Shown: positions 20,746-32,363, numbered from the stretch's first letter. The stretch is DNA of 64,000 nt from an uncultured Acidobacteriota bacterium (GCA_963790745.1 CAWBPY010000001.1:91925-155924), one strand, 5' to 3'. The notes: generated from the sequence alone by a model not told the origin. Numbers and translations are program-made.

Positions 20746-21486
20746 ATGGCTGTATTTGACACCGAGGCTCTGATCCTACGCAGTTACAATCTGGCAGAGG
20801 CTGACAAGATTGTTGTCTGTTTGAGTCGTTCCGCAGGATTGATAAGAGGAGTCGCCAAGGGTTGTAGAAAACTAAAGAATCGTTTTGGCGCCGCACTTGA
20901 GCCCTTCACACTCGTCAATCTCACATATTACGAAAAAGAGAATCGGGAACTCGTCTCCTTCCGGCAAGTCGAGATCGTAAAGTCGCGCTTTAACCTTTCG
21001 TCAAATGCAACGATGCTGACAGGTTTCTCATACATGGGTGACCTGCTTATCGATTTTTCACCACCACACCAGGCAAATGACAATTTGTTTCGAATGGCGA
21101 TCGCGTGTTTCGAAGCGGCGTCAGAAACACCGGGCGATCTGGATGCGGTGCTTCGCTACTTTGAAGTGTGGTTGCTGAAGCTCGAAGGTTTTCTGCCGGA
21201 TCTGCGCGCGTGTGCGAACTGTCACAAAGCTTTTCATGATGAAGGAGCAGTTTATCTCGGCTCGGATTTGTCGTTTCGATGTTCGGATTGCAGTGGTGGA
21301 AGAGGTGGAGCAGTTTCAAAACGTCTTCACACACAGTTGCGAACTATAGAAAAGCTTTCGCCGGCGAAGTTTGCTGAAGGTGCAAGGGAAGTATCGAAGG
21401 AAACGAAACGAGAGATGGCGGAGTTGACGTTTCAGATTATCGGGCGAGTGCTTGAACGCATGCCGCGTATTAGACCGGCAAGTTGA
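20746..21486 (+). CDS. recO: DNA repair protein RecO
   Basis: 246 aa; OB-fold N-terminus (EALILRSYNLAEADKIV) and a Cys cluster (CANCHK...CSDC). Confidence 0.85.
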   Translation: MAVFDTEALILRSYNLAEADKIVVCLSRSAGLIRGVAKGCRKLKNRFGAALEPFTLVNLTYYEKENRELVSFRQVEIVKSRFNLSSNATMLTGFSYMGDLLIDFSPPHQANDNLFRMAIACFEAASETPGDLDAVLRYFEVWLLKLEGFLPDLRACANCHKAFHDEGAVYLGSDLSFRCSDCSGGRGGAVSKRLHTQLRTIEKLSPAKFAEGAREVSKETKREMAELTFQIIGRVLERMPRIRPAS

Positions 21487-21488
21487 TG

Positions 21489-21562
21489 GACAGGATTAAC
21501 AACATGTTTCAGGATTTACAAGATTGATTCTGTTAATCCTGAGACATCTTGTTAATCCTGTC
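21489..21562. repeat. repeat family A copy
   Basis: GACAGGATTAACAACAT (21489-21505) and ATCTTGTTAATCCTGTC (21546-21562). Confidence 0.8.
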
Positions 21563-21589
21563 TAATGTCTTACTTGAAGAAAATCGGAT

Positions 21590-23929
21590 TTGCTGACAAA
21601 AATCTTTAACTTCAAGAACTTTCTCATCCCTCGATACATCGTCGGGGCGATGGCGCCTTACATTCTCATATCTTTACTGCTGCTGTCCGCAGTCCTGTTA
21701 GCGCAACAATCCGCGCGCCTCGCCGAGATCATAATTTACGCTGACCTCCCCGTCTCATTGCTCGGATCGATTGGAGCCGCGTTGTTGCCGGGCGTGCTCA
21801 TCTTCTCGATTCCGCTGGCGACGCTCGCCGGAATAATCATCGGCTTCTCACGCATGGGAAGTGACAGTGAAATTGTCGCGATGCGCGCCGCAGGTGTCGG
21901 TTCATGGACCATGATCTGGCCCGCACTGCTCATCGGACTCTTATGCACCGGCGCCACTACTTACCTCCATCTAAAAGAAGCGCCCGAAGCTGCCAGAGAC
22001 CTTGAACGCATTGCACTTGAAGGACTGCTAGCAAAACTCGACTCCCCGGTCGAGCCAAGAACCTTTAGCACCTTGCCGCGATACGTGATCTACGTTCGCG
22101 ACGGTAACAAAGAACAGGGCACATGGGGACGAGTTTTCATCTTCGGACAACGTGGCGATCACACGGAGGTCTACACCGCACGCTCCGGACGCATCGACTC
22201 AGCCGGCGATCGGTCCGAGCTCGTTCTAACTGACGTGCTTGCTACTGAGTTTCCCATTGCTGCTGCTGAAGGAGCCACTAAACAACCTGCAACAACAAAT
22301 ATCATTGGCGGCAATAACGGAGAGAAATCCTACGTCGTCAAGCGCCTAGATCAATTGCGATTCTCGATCAATACGGGGCGCGCTGACGTCGTGGCGCGCC
22401 TGAATCAGAGAGATACAAATGCCGATGCGATGGAGTGGAGCGACTTACGTGAAAGAGTTGAATCAGGATCGCCTGATGAACAGAGAGAAGCGTTAAGGAT
22501 TCTCAACCGCAGAGGTGCCTTGTCGTTGGCGCCTCTGGTTTTTTCACTCCTGGGCGCAACGCTTGGATTGCGCATACGACGGGGCGGGCGCAGCGTTGGA
22601 GTGTTATTAACGCTGATTATCGTAATCGTTTACTACCTCTTGTCGCTTCTTGGCGAATCGATGGCACGCGTGGGATCAGTGTCACCTTACCTTGGACCAT
22701 GGCTGGCCACGATCTTTGTCCTTGGTTTGACGGTTCTGTTTTTGTTTATCAAACGAGTGCCTTTCATATCTTCAATGTCGATCCTGTCGCGCCGCACAGC
22801 AGCAACCACCGCCACAGCCAAAACAAGTCAGGCAAAACATCGCGGCTTTTCGGTAATGGGTTTTCCCAGTTTGATGGACGCTACGCTCTTTCGTTCACTT
22901 GTCGTCAGCTTTGTTGTTTGTTTTGCGGCCCTCGCGACGATCTTCAACATATTCACATTGTTTGAACTTTGGCGCTTCAATGCCGGCACAGGTCTGATGG
23001 CAAGGTATCTGTTATTCCTCCTGCCGCTCGTTACTGTGGAGCTTTTTCCTGCGACGATGCTGATTACAGTGCTGGTCACTTACGCATTGCTCGCGAGGAG
23101 ACATGAAGCGATCGCGTGGTGGGCCTCGGGTCAGAGTGTATATCGATTGATGTTGCCGGGCTTTTGCTTTGCACTCGTGGTGGCATTTGGTTCGTGGCTG
23201 GTCCAGGAGTATGTAATGCCGGGCGCAAACCTCAGACAGGACGGGTTGCGCGCACGCATCCGCGGAGATAAAGCACGCGCGACGACGCCCACTGGTCGAC
23301 AGTGGCTTGCGTCTACTGAAACAGGCCGTTTCTATTCATATGAATTTAGTGAGGATGGACGGCTGATTGAACCAACCGTTTACGAGCTTGATGAAGACGC
23401 AGTTCATCTGGCGCAGATCGTGAGCGGGAAGAGTGGAGCCTGGACAGATCCGACTCATCTCAAGATTAATGAGACTGAAACACTTACGTTGAAAGAGATG
23501 GGTGTTGAACGTAAATCTGACGCGGAAATAACTTTCGCAGGCGTTGAGTCACCGGCAGTCTTTAAACCAACAACCGATCGACCTTCACAGCTTAGTTCGA
23601 AAGACTTGCGAGGCTATCTCGAAGCAGCGAAGCAGCGCGGCATCGACGTGTCGTCACTCGCAGTCGCACTGCAAAGAAAGTACGCAGGCCCGTTCGGTAT
23701 CATCATCATGGCCCTGATCGGAATGCCGCTGGCAGTTTCGTTTGGCAGGAAGGGAACCGTAATCGCTCTCTGCGCTGCTGTAGTAGTGGGAGTTGCCTAC
23801 TGGGCACTTGGCGGCGGCTTTCAGCAACTCGGAAATCACGGACTCCTTCGACCCACTGTCGCCGGCTGGTCCCCACTCGTGATCTTCACAGCCGCAGGCA
23901 CCTACTTCCTCTCACGTGTTCGCACTTAA
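21590..23929 (+). CDS. fused LptF/LptG-type (YjgP/YjgQ) permease
   Basis: 779 aa, TTG start. Two complete permease halves (about residues 1-400 and 430-779) in one frame with no intervening stop. Confidence 0.7.
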   Translation: MLTKIFNFKNFLIPRYIVGAMAPYILISLLLLSAVLLAQQSARLAEIIIYADLPVSLLGSIGAALLPGVLIFSIPLATLAGIIIGFSRMGSDSEIVAMRAAGVGSWTMIWPALLIGLLCTGATTYLHLKEAPEAARDLERIALEGLLAKLDSPVEPRTFSTLPRYVIYVRDGNKEQGTWGRVFIFGQRGDHTEVYTARSGRIDSAGDRSELVLTDVLATEFPIAAAEGATKQPATTNIIGGNNGEKSYVVKRLDQLRFSINTGRADVVARLNQRDTNADAMEWSDLRERVESGSPDEQREALRILNRRGALSLAPLVFSLLGATLGLRIRRGGRSVGVLLTLIIVIVYYLLSLLGESMARVGSVSPYLGPWLATIFVLGLTVLFLFIKRVPFISSMSILSRRTAATTATAKTSQAKHRGFSVMGFPSLMDATLFRSLVVSFVVCFAALATIFNIFTLFELWRFNAGTGLMARYLLFLLPLVTVELFPATMLITVLVTYALLARRHEAIAWWASGQSVYRLMLPGFCFALVVAFGSWLVQEYVMPGANLRQDGLRARIRGDKARATTPTGRQWLASTETGRFYSYEFSEDGRLIEPTVYELDEDAVHLAQIVSGKSGAWTDPTHLKINETETLTLKEMGVERKSDAEITFAGVESPAVFKPTTDRPSQLSSKDLRGYLEAAKQRGIDVSSLAVALQRKYAGPFGIIIMALIGMPLAVSFGRKGTVIALCAAVVVGVAYWALGGGFQQLGNHGLLRPTVAGWSPLVIFTAAGTYFLSRVRT

Positions 23930-24011
23930 GCCACAAAAGCAAAAGCACATAAAAGAAAATTTCTCTCTTATGTGCTTTATGTGCCTTTTTGTGGCTAACT
24001 AATTTTTGTGG

Positions 24012-24012
<1 letters not shown>
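23930..24012. repeat. repeat family B copy
   Basis: GCCACAAAAGCAAAAGCACATAAAAG faces CTTATGTGCTTTATGTGCCTTTTTGTGGC, plus a third TTTTTGTGGC. Lies between convergent genes. Confidence 0.8.
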
Positions 24013-25298
<1,286 letters not shown>

Positions 25299-25335
25299 TT
25301 AATCCTTTACTTGAATTATGAATGTCTCGTCACTC

Positions 25336-26487
25336 TTAAACTCCAGCGCCTGCTCGCAACGCTTCGGCTTTGTCGGTCTTTTCCCAGGTGAAGCCTTCTT
25401 CGTTGCGTCCGAAATGGCCGTAGGCAGCAGTGGCCTTATAAATCGGCCGGCGCAGGTTGAGTGATTCGATGATGCCGCGCGGAGTCAGTTCGAAATTACT
25501 CCGCACCAGCTTTGATATGGCAACGTCGCTGATCCGGCCCGTACCAAAGGAATCGATCGAAACGGAAACCGGTTCGGCGATTCCGATCGCGTACGCAAGT
25601 TGAACCTGACAACGATCGGCGAGTCCCGAAGCGACGATGTTCTTCGCAACATAACGCGCCATGTAAGCAGCGGAACGATCGACCTTCGTCGGATCTTTTC
25701 CGGAGAATGCGCCACCACCGTGAGGCGCGTAGCCTCCGTAAGTGTCAACGATGATCTTCCGGCCGGTGAGGCCGGCATCACCCTGCGGACCGCCCGTAAC
25801 AAAGCGTCCCGTGGGGTTGATGTGATACTTCGTATCTTTGTCGAGCAGTTCAGGCGAAACGGTGTGCTTGATTACTTTCTCTTCGATTTCCGCACGCAAT
25901 TGTTCGTTGGTGACATTCGGATCGTGCTGCGAAGAGATGACGACAGCTTCGAGCCGGAAAGGACGGCCGTCGCGGTATTCAACTGTTACCTGCGACTTGC
26001 CATCAGGACGCAAATACGGCAGCTCACCTGATTTGCGCACTTCGGAAAGACGGCGGGCGAGGATGTGGGCCAACTGAATCGGCAGCGGCATCAACTCCGG
26101 CGTTTCATTACAGGCAAATCCAAACATCAAGCCCTGATCACCGGCGCCACCGGTGTCTACACCCATCGCGATGTCAGGCGACTGTCTGTCGAGTGCCGAC
26201 AAGACGGCGCAGGTGTCGCAATCGAAGCCAAACTTGGCTCTGGTGTAACCGATCTCACGAATCGCTTCGCGCGCGACTCTGGAGTAGTCGATTACAGCGT
26301 TGGTCGTGATCTCACCGGCGACAACCACCAGTCCGGTGGTGACGAGAGTTTCACAAGCTACGCGTGCGGTTGGATCGACACTCAGTGCGGCGTCAAGTAC
26401 TGCATCAGAGATTTGATCGGAAATTTTGTCTGGATGGCCTTCAGTGACGGACTCAGAGGTGAACAGATAACCGGATTCGCTAATCAA
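25336..26487 (-). CDS. metK: methionine adenosyltransferase
   Basis: 383 aa, TTG start after [47 protein letters not shown]. Confidence 0.95.
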   Translation of the reverse strand: MISESGYLFTSESVTEGHPDKISDQISDAVLDAALSVDPTARVACETLVTTGLVVVAGEITTNAVIDYSRVAREAIREIGYTRAKFGFDCDTCAVLSALDRQSPDIAMGVDTGGAGDQGLMFGFACNETPELMPLPIQLAHILARRLSEVRKSGELPYLRPDGKSQVTVEYRDGRPFRLEAVVISSQHDPNVTNEQLRAEIEEKVIKHTVSPELLDKDTKYHINPTGRFVTGGPQGDAGLTGRKIIVDTYGGYAPHGGGAFSGKDPTKVDRSAAYMARYVAKNIVASGLADRCQVQLAYAIGIAEPVSVSIDSFGTGRISDVAISKLVRSNFELTPRGIIESLNLRRPIYKATAAYGHFGRNEEGFTWEKTDKAEALRAGAGV

Positions 26488-26541
26488 AACAGCTCCTTTA
26501 TGTGTACACAGACTCGAATTCAGTGCAGAAAAAGACCGCGT

Positions 26542-26571
26542 AGATTAGCAGTCTGCGTTTCCAAGTGTCAA
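26542..26571 (-). promoter_or_regulatory. possible sigma70-type promoter of metK
   Basis: On the minus strand: TTGACA (26566-26571), 18 nt, TAATCT (26542-26547). Confidence 0.35.
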
Positions 26572-26663
26572 GACGACCTGCTTCGTTGAACTTAAGAAAA
26601 ACCGTACAAATTTGCTTCCAGGAACTGGGAAAACAGTCGAATTATTGTCTTTTGGAACAGTCC

Positions 26664-26889
26664 TCAATCCCGCCCACGGCAGTGGGCGGATGATTCAAGT
26701 CCTTTCTAAATGAAGACTATGGTGTGAGTTTGAATCCCGCCAACGGAAGTTGGCGGATCGTTCAAGTCCTATCTTAGTGTGGACTTGAAAGTATCCGCCC
26801 ACTTCCGTGGGCGGGATTAGAAAGGTAGTTTCGGATTGGCTTGTAGAAAGGACCTGAACAATCCGCCAACTGCCGTTGGCGGGATTTGT
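26664..26889. repeat. cluster of four copies of hairpin repeat family F (AATCCCGCCNACGGNAGTNGGCGGAT...TTCAAGTCC)
   Basis: Copies at 26664-26706 (+), 26730-26772 (+), 26781-26821 (-) and 26850-26889 (-). The stem CCGCCNAC/GTNGGCGG shows paired C-G versus A-T changes between copies. Confidence 0.85.
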
Positions 26890-27093
26890 TCCTTATCTCG
26901 GTCAATAAAGTATCTCCGTCCAAAGAACAAAATTTTCTGTTACAAAGTAGCTTCCCCCAACATCTAAATCTGACAGTAAGTAGCGCCGCACACAGAGCGA
27001 ACCAAAGCCTCTCCCACAGGTTCGAGGGCACTCTGCAGACTCCAGAGGGTTTTCAATCGTTGAAATCTGTCTGGGCGGCGCCTAAGTTTTTAT

Positions 27094-28494
27094 ATGTCAC
27101 ACTCACACTCATCCCCTCTTGAAGTAACTCAAGCACTACTGAACTGTGCCAGAGCCAACGGTTTTCGTTTTGGAGACGATACGGCGTTAGTGGCTGTCCA
27201 GCACATGCTTAAACAAACAGTGGATCTCTTTCAAACCCTGGGCGCAATGGGACTCAATTTGGAAAACATCTTCGCGCTCGGGAAGGTTTATTCAAACAGT
27301 GCCGAGGTCATTGAGACACTGCGCGCGATGGGTGTCACTGTCGTCGAGTCGGTCATGCCGCCACCTGGCGAATTCCAGCGCTATTTTGCTTACGACACGA
27401 ACAGATTGTGGCAGGTCGCGGCTGAGCATCTTGACCGGCGTCGGATCAAGCGCGTGCTCGTGTTAGACGACGGCGGCGTTTGCATCACGAGCGTACCGCC
27501 CGAAGTCTTGCAGCGTTATTCGTTGTGCGGCGTCGAGCAGACTTCTCGCGGAATGTTCCTTTTCGAAGAGAAGCTGCCAGCGTTTGCTGTGATTTCATGG
27601 GCCAGAGCGGCAGTTAAATTGAAAATTGGTGGTCCAATCTTCTCACAATGCTTCATTGAAAAATTGAATACGGAATTCCTCAGGGATGGGCCCTTACAAG
27701 GAGAACAATTGGGCGTGATTGGAATGGGAAGCATTGGTAGGGCTGTCGCAAATCTGGCCGTGAGGCAAGGGAACGAAGTGTCTTACTGCGACCTTAATCC
27801 GGATCTGCATCTTCCTTTAGCTCTGAACGACCGTGTCACGAGGGTGGATTCAGTCGAAGATTTGATGGTTCGTTGTAACTACGTCGTGGGATGTTCCGGG
27901 CGCAATCCGTTCAAAGACAAATGGCCGCTTAGTCACAAGCCCAACATAAAATTTATCAGTGCTTCCAGTGGTGATCGGGAGTTTGGTCCAATCATTAAAG
28001 ATCTAAAACAGAAACCCAATTTCAAGGTAGCGCCCGGTACCTGGGATATCATTTCCCAGGATGGGCCAGCCGGGCCGATTAATGTTGCTTACCTGGGATA
28101 TCCATACACCTTCGTGACTCGAGGCATCGAAGCCGCTCCAACACAGATAGTACAATTCGACACTGGTGGCTTACTGGCAGCTCTGGTCCAGGCGCAGATC
28201 TTTCTCAAGCAGTGTGAAACAGGCCGCGAGCAGAATAACGGCATCCATCGTTTATCGCCTCAAGCGCAACGCTTTGTTTTGGAAAAATGGATCAGCGCGA
28301 TGAAAGATCGAATGATCGATGTCACGGAACTCCTGGGAAATGATCCCGGCATGCTAAGCGCCGCCCAGCATGGTGATTGGTTTATTGAAAACACCGAGCC
28401 TCATCCGGATAAAAATTACAGACCGGTAACGGCGATCGAGGAAATGATGGGCCAATTTGTTCGTCAGGGCTACGTTCTCAAGGCTCGAGGTTAA
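27094..28494 (+). CDS. NAD(P)-binding protein resembling a divergent adenosylhomocysteinase-like fold
   Basis: 466 aa; VAVQHMLKQTVDLFQTLGAMGL parallels [21 protein letters not shown] of the neighbouring AhcY. Rossmann motif GVIGMGSIGRAV. Comparison by eye only. Confidence 0.35.
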   Translation: MSHSHSSPLEVTQALLNCARANGFRFGDDTALVAVQHMLKQTVDLFQTLGAMGLNLENIFALGKVYSNSAEVIETLRAMGVTVVESVMPPPGEFQRYFAYDTNRLWQVAAEHLDRRRIKRVLVLDDGGVCITSVPPEVLQRYSLCGVEQTSRGMFLFEEKLPAFAVISWARAAVKLKIGGPIFSQCFIEKLNTEFLRDGPLQGEQLGVIGMGSIGRAVANLAVRQGNEVSYCDLNPDLHLPLALNDRVTRVDSVEDLMVRCNYVVGCSGRNPFKDKWPLSHKPNIKFISASSGDREFGPIIKDLKQKPNFKVAPGTWDIISQDGPAGPINVAYLGYPYTFVTRGIEAAPTQIVQFDTGGLLAALVQAQIFLKQCETGREQNNGIHRLSPQAQRFVLEKWISAMKDRMIDVTELLGNDPGMLSAAQHGDWFIENTEPHPDKNYRPVTAIEEMMGQFVRQGYVLKARG

Positions 28495-30124
28495 GCTTGA
28501 AGCGGATCTCAGTACCCTTGGAAATTGCCGAATCTATTTCCATCGTGCCGCCCGCGGCATGTGCTCGTTCCTGCATGCTGATTAGACCAAGAGTTGCCGC
28601 ACGCGGCGCCCGCCTCCGCAGGCTCTCCAAATCGAAGCCCACGCCGTCATCCTTTATCGACAACAGCAAAACATTTCCGTCTTTCACGAGCTGTAGCGAT
28701 ACCTGAGAGGGCTGCGCGTGGCGCACGACGTTGGTCAATGCTTCTTGTGCTATGCGGAAGCAGGCAGTTTCGACGTCGCGTGAAAAACGTTGATTCTGAT
28801 CGGGCATTTCGATAACCACATCCACTTCCAAACCGGTGCGCCTGGTATAACGATCGACATACCAGCATAGAGCCGTAACCAGTCCGAAATCGTCAAGCAC
28901 TGGTGGACGCAGATCAACAGACAGATCGCGCACCAGACGAAGTGCTTCATCAACGGCCTCGAGATTGTCTTTGACGTAGCAACCGATTTCCGAGACTTGT
29001 CGAACCTCCTGTACGGTATGAAGATTCATCTTAATCGCAGTCAGGATCTGACCTATCTGGTCGTGCAACTCGCGGGAGATGCGGCGTCGCTCGTCCTCCT
29101 GGGCTTCGATCAGTTGGCGCGAAAACATTTGCAGTGCGTCCTGCGCGAGTTTGCGTTCCGTGATATCGCGCGCGATGCCCTGAACCCCGACCATGACGCC
29201 GTTCTCATAGATCGCTCGGGTCCGAACCTCGACGGGCACACTGCGGCCGTCCTTTGCGATCACGTCGACTTCGAAAGCAGTTTCACCCTGTTCAGCGAGC
29301 TTTGCATAGAAAGTCTTCTGTCCAAAGGTGAGGTCTCCTGCTGCCACGAAGTCAACAAAGTTATGACCGACGATTTCTTCGCGTTTGTATCCTGATAACG
29401 TTTCCGCAGCGTGGTTTACCCTGATGTAATTTCCTTTAAGATCGTGAACGTAAATGGCATCCCTCGCGTTCTCAAACAGCTCACGATAACGCTCTTCGCT
29501 CTCGCGCAGAGCCACTTCTGCGCGCTTGCGTTCGGCAATGCGCTCCTCGAGTTCCGCCACGTAATGCTGGCTTTGCTCGAACAACTGCGCATTTTGTATC
29601 GCACTGGACGCACGTGCAGCCAGAGTCTCAGCAAGCCGAACGTGCTGTTCCTGAAAGAAGTTTGGCTCTGCTTTGTCTACCGAATAAAGACCAATGACCT
29701 TGCCTGATGCGACCAGCGGCACTCCAATCCAATTGCGAACATGGCCGGCACCGTTGACCCATTGCCATCCGGGCTCTCGGTGTGTGTCCGCCACGACAAC
29801 ACTCTGTTTAGTCAAGCAGATGCGCTGCAAAATGGTATTGGTACCAACGTCTAACGCAATGAATCGAGACGTCTCGACGTCCTGATATGCTTCATAGCGC
29901 CTAAGCGCGCTGACGACGAATTGCGAGTCGCTGTTCAGCAACATCACATTTGCACTGTCGTAAGGAACCAATTGGCTGAGAAAATCGAGCAGTGTTTCGA
30001 GAACTCTTTCGAGGCTGAGATCCTGGGTCAACGCGATATTGGCGTCGCGCAGGATCTCAGTCTCCCGGCGTATGGCCTGTTCCCGGGCCAATAGTCCGGC
30101 CAGTTCCGGTGTCTCTGCTTTCAT
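28478..30124 (-). CDS. cytoplasmic GAF-PAS sensor histidine kinase (HisKA_3 type)
   Basis: 548 aa; no TM segment, GAF-like N-terminal region, PAS (ARDAIYVHDLKGNYIRVN), H-box ISRELHDQIGQ, C-terminal HATPase (DDGVGF, GLISMQERA). Confidence 0.8.
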   Translation of the reverse strand: MKAETPELAGLLAREQAIRRETEILRDANIALTQDLSLERVLETLLDFLSQLVPYDSANVMLLNSDSQFVVSALRRYEAYQDVETSRFIALDVGTNTILQRICLTKQSVVVADTHREPGWQWVNGAGHVRNWIGVPLVASGKVIGLYSVDKAEPNFFQEQHVRLAETLAARASSAIQNAQLFEQSQHYVAELEERIAERKRAEVALRESEERYRELFENARDAIYVHDLKGNYIRVNHAAETLSGYKREEIVGHNFVDFVAAGDLTFGQKTFYAKLAEQGETAFEVDVIAKDGRSVPVEVRTRAIYENGVMVGVQGIARDITERKLAQDALQMFSRQLIEAQEDERRRISRELHDQIGQILTAIKMNLHTVQEVRQVSEIGCYVKDNLEAVDEALRLVRDLSVDLRPPVLDDFGLVTALCWYVDRYTRRTGLEVDVVIEMPDQNQRFSRDVETACFRIAQEALTNVVRHAQPSQVSLQLVKDGNVLLLSIKDDGVGFDLESLRRRAPRAATLGLISMQERAHAAGGTMEIDSAISKGTEIRFKLNLEP

Positions 30125-30259
30125 GAGTATGGTTGACTACGTGAGGCTTACTCGAGGTATGTCACACGTAATGACGAGCGCGATTTTACCACCAATCTGT
30201 GGATAAACGTGATAGATTCCTGTTGCCCCACACACCCATTCAAAACAACGGAGGAGCCT

Positions 30260-30826
30260 ATGACTAGTTTGACTCGTATGCCTGTGCTGGTTCTTGTTCT
30301 GTTTCTCTCAATTGCAAGTGCGATGGTTGTTGTAGCTAGCAATGCGCCTCAGGCAAGCCAAAAGAATCAAGGGAAATTTCTTCAGATCAATGGTCAGGTT
30401 TCAGTGAACGGAACCGCGGCCATTTCAGGTGCTACAGTTTTCTCCGATAGCACAATCACAACCGCAGCCAGATCGAGTGCTGTGGTAAGTCTGGGCAAAC
30501 TCGGACGTGTCGAGGTGCTACCCCAGTCAACGATGAAGTTGATCTTTGGTGACGATAACGTTTCTGTGGGTATGTTGGACGCAGGACGTGTGAGAATTTC
30601 CTCGTCATCAAACGTTACCGCAAAAGCTACGACGAGAGAGGGTGAAGTAATTTCAACCGGGAACCAGCGCAACGAGTTCATCGTCGATACAAGCTGCGAA
30701 AATACGTTCGTGTCAGTAAAGAAGGGAACTGTCGAACTGCGCGCCGGCAGCACTGTGAAACAAATCGCCGCAGGGAATCAGGACACAGCAGGCACTGCCA
30801 CACCGGGTTGCACACCCGCGCCTTAG
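30260..30826 (+). CDS. secreted FecR-like domain protein
   Basis: ATG at 30260 after GGAGGAG; signal peptide. GQVSVNG...ATVFSDSTITTAARSSAVVSLGKLGRVEVLPQSTMKL resembles FecR-type beta domains. Confidence 0.4.
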   Translation: MTSLTRMPVLVLVLFLSIASAMVVVASNAPQASQKNQGKFLQINGQVSVNGTAAISGATVFSDSTITTAARSSAVVSLGKLGRVEVLPQSTMKLIFGDDNVSVGMLDAGRVRISSSSNVTAKATTREGEVISTGNQRNEFIVDTSCENTFVSVKKGTVELRAGSTVKQIAAGNQDTAGTATPGCTPAP

Positions 30827-30839
30827 CTGAAAGATCTTC

Positions 30840-30889
30840 ATCCACAGATTACACAGATTCCATAATCATTTTCTGCGTAATCTGTGGAT
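30840..30889. repeat. repeat family D copy
   Basis: ATCCACAGATTAC (30840-30852) faces GTAATCTGTGGAT (30877-30889). Confidence 0.75.
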
Positions 30890-31022
30890 AACAGATTTCA
30901 TTGACAACGCCTGTTTCGAAGTGTATATGCTTGCCTCGCTCTAACAACTTCAGAATTCAAACTCCTCCCGTCTCACCCCCCTGATGACTGGAGTCGGCCC
31001 GGACAAGGAGGTTCTTGACCCA

Positions 31023-31622
31023 ATGAAACGCAGCAAAAATTTTCGAACCATGATTTGGGCGGCGGTGGCTGCAATCACGCTTTTTGGACTGACTGCAGGC
31101 GCCGGCGCCTTCCAGGGTGACAAGAAGATCAGGATGTACGATGACTGTGAGCCTACCAGTTTCAATGCCGTACTCGGCGATGGTACTTGCATTGGTAATG
31201 GACACACCACGTTTGATGAGTTCATCGCGGAACTTGCAGCAACACAGGATGTGCACACCTGGAGAAATCAGCCGAGCGCAATGCAGCTCAACGTTGGACG
31301 TCCGACACTCATTGAGAACCGTGGTGGTGAAGTACATACCTTCACGCCAGTGGCAAACTTTGGTGGGGGCTTTGTAAACGATCTCAACGGGATTTCCGGC
31401 AATCCAGTTCCGGCTCCCGAATGTCTAAACTTTGGAGCGATTGTTTTCATTCCTGCCGGCGGCACTGAAGAAGGACCTACGGCTGGAAGCTCTGATCTCC
31501 CCGTTGGCTCACACAGATTCCAGTGCTGCATTCATCCATGGATGCGCACTGTCATCGAAGTCGCCGCTCCTGGATCGAACGCGCCGGCAGCACCGTCTGC
31601 TGCGAAGCACGATCATCATTGA
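31023..31622 (+). CDS. secreted cupredoxin-like protein
   Basis: ATG at 31023, signal peptide, C-terminal HRFQCCIHPWM resembling the type-1 copper C-x2-H-x2-M loop. Confidence 0.45.
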   Translation: MKRSKNFRTMIWAAVAAITLFGLTAGAGAFQGDKKIRMYDDCEPTSFNAVLGDGTCIGNGHTTFDEFIAELAATQDVHTWRNQPSAMQLNVGRPTLIENRGGEVHTFTPVANFGGGFVNDLNGISGNPVPAPECLNFGAIVFIPAGGTEEGPTAGSSDLPVGSHRFQCCIHPWMRTVIEVAAPGSNAPAAPSAAKHDHH

Positions 31623-31832
31623 TCCCGCGACTCTGTTCCTTTCCTTTCGCGATAGGCGCGCAGTTAAAGTGCTGTGTGCCTGTCGCGAAAACGTGTTAAC
31701 TCTCATCCCGCATGACCTCGATCTCGGCCTCGCCAACACCGTAATTTCCCGCGCAAGTTTTCCGTTGCGCTGTGGCGACACTGCGTGAGAAAAATACCCC
31801 CAGCAGTTTCAATATGGAGGCTCATACTAAAA

Positions 31833-32312
31833 ATGTCCTTGATATCGATTAGTCGAATGCTCGTTGTTCTGGCAATTCTGGCCACAGTTCCAGGCGCACC
31901 GGTAGTGAATTCGCAAACTCCGGAACGCAGTTCCAGCACGCGAATGGCGGGTTCGCTCGTCGAAGAGTTTTCTTTCTTAATTAAAGATTTCCGGATGGAC
32001 CATCAGGGACAGGCCAACAATCTCAACCTTTCGATCTCATATCGGTATGCGGCTAACATCACGAAGGCTGATTACCCTGACTTTCGCTGGCTCGCTAAAG
32101 ATGTTGAGACGCTTCTGAGTGACTACCCGAATAAAGACGACTACTGGGAAATCGTGAACAAGCAAATCACAGCACTGCTCTTGAAGAAATATCCCGGCAT
32201 CGTGACGATCACCTGCGAAATGAAAGTAGATCCCACGAGCGTCGTTCCTTACACGCGCTCGAGCCGCGTCACTCGCGGGCGTCCATTCGCCAGATCTAAC
32301 CGGAAGAGTTAA
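31833..32312 (+). CDS. hypothetical secreted protein
   Basis: ATG at 31833 after GGAGG; signal peptide MSLISISRMLVVLAILATVPGAP. No recognisable domain. Confidence 0.4.
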   Translation: MSLISISRMLVVLAILATVPGAPVVNSQTPERSSSTRMAGSLVEEFSFLIKDFRMDHQGQANNLNLSISYRYAANITKADYPDFRWLAKDVETLLSDYPNKDDYWEIVNKQITALLLKKYPGIVTITCEMKVDPTSVVPYTRSSRVTRGRPFARSNRKS

Positions 32313-32363
32313 TGAGGCGGCATTATGACTGAAGAAGCAATCTGGGACGCCTGGGTTGTATGA

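Noticed and set aside
26488-26640. SAM riboswitch upstream of metK
   Set aside because: I could not find the conserved SAM-I/SAM-II core sequences in the roughly 150-nt leader. Only a plausible promoter is visible. An Infernal scan would settle it.
26664-26889. tRNA or tRNA-derived genes, because of GTTCAAGTCC (T-loop-like) in repeat family F
   Set aside because: The 8-bp stem with a 4-5 nt loop and the overall length do not fit a cloverleaf, and there is no acceptor stem. I found no convincing tRNA anywhere in the window.
28478-28494. The 17-nt convergent overlap of 27094-28494 and the histidine kinase gene as a regulatory feature
   Set aside because: Short 3' overlaps of convergent genes are common. 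I saw no structure or motif to support a specific role.
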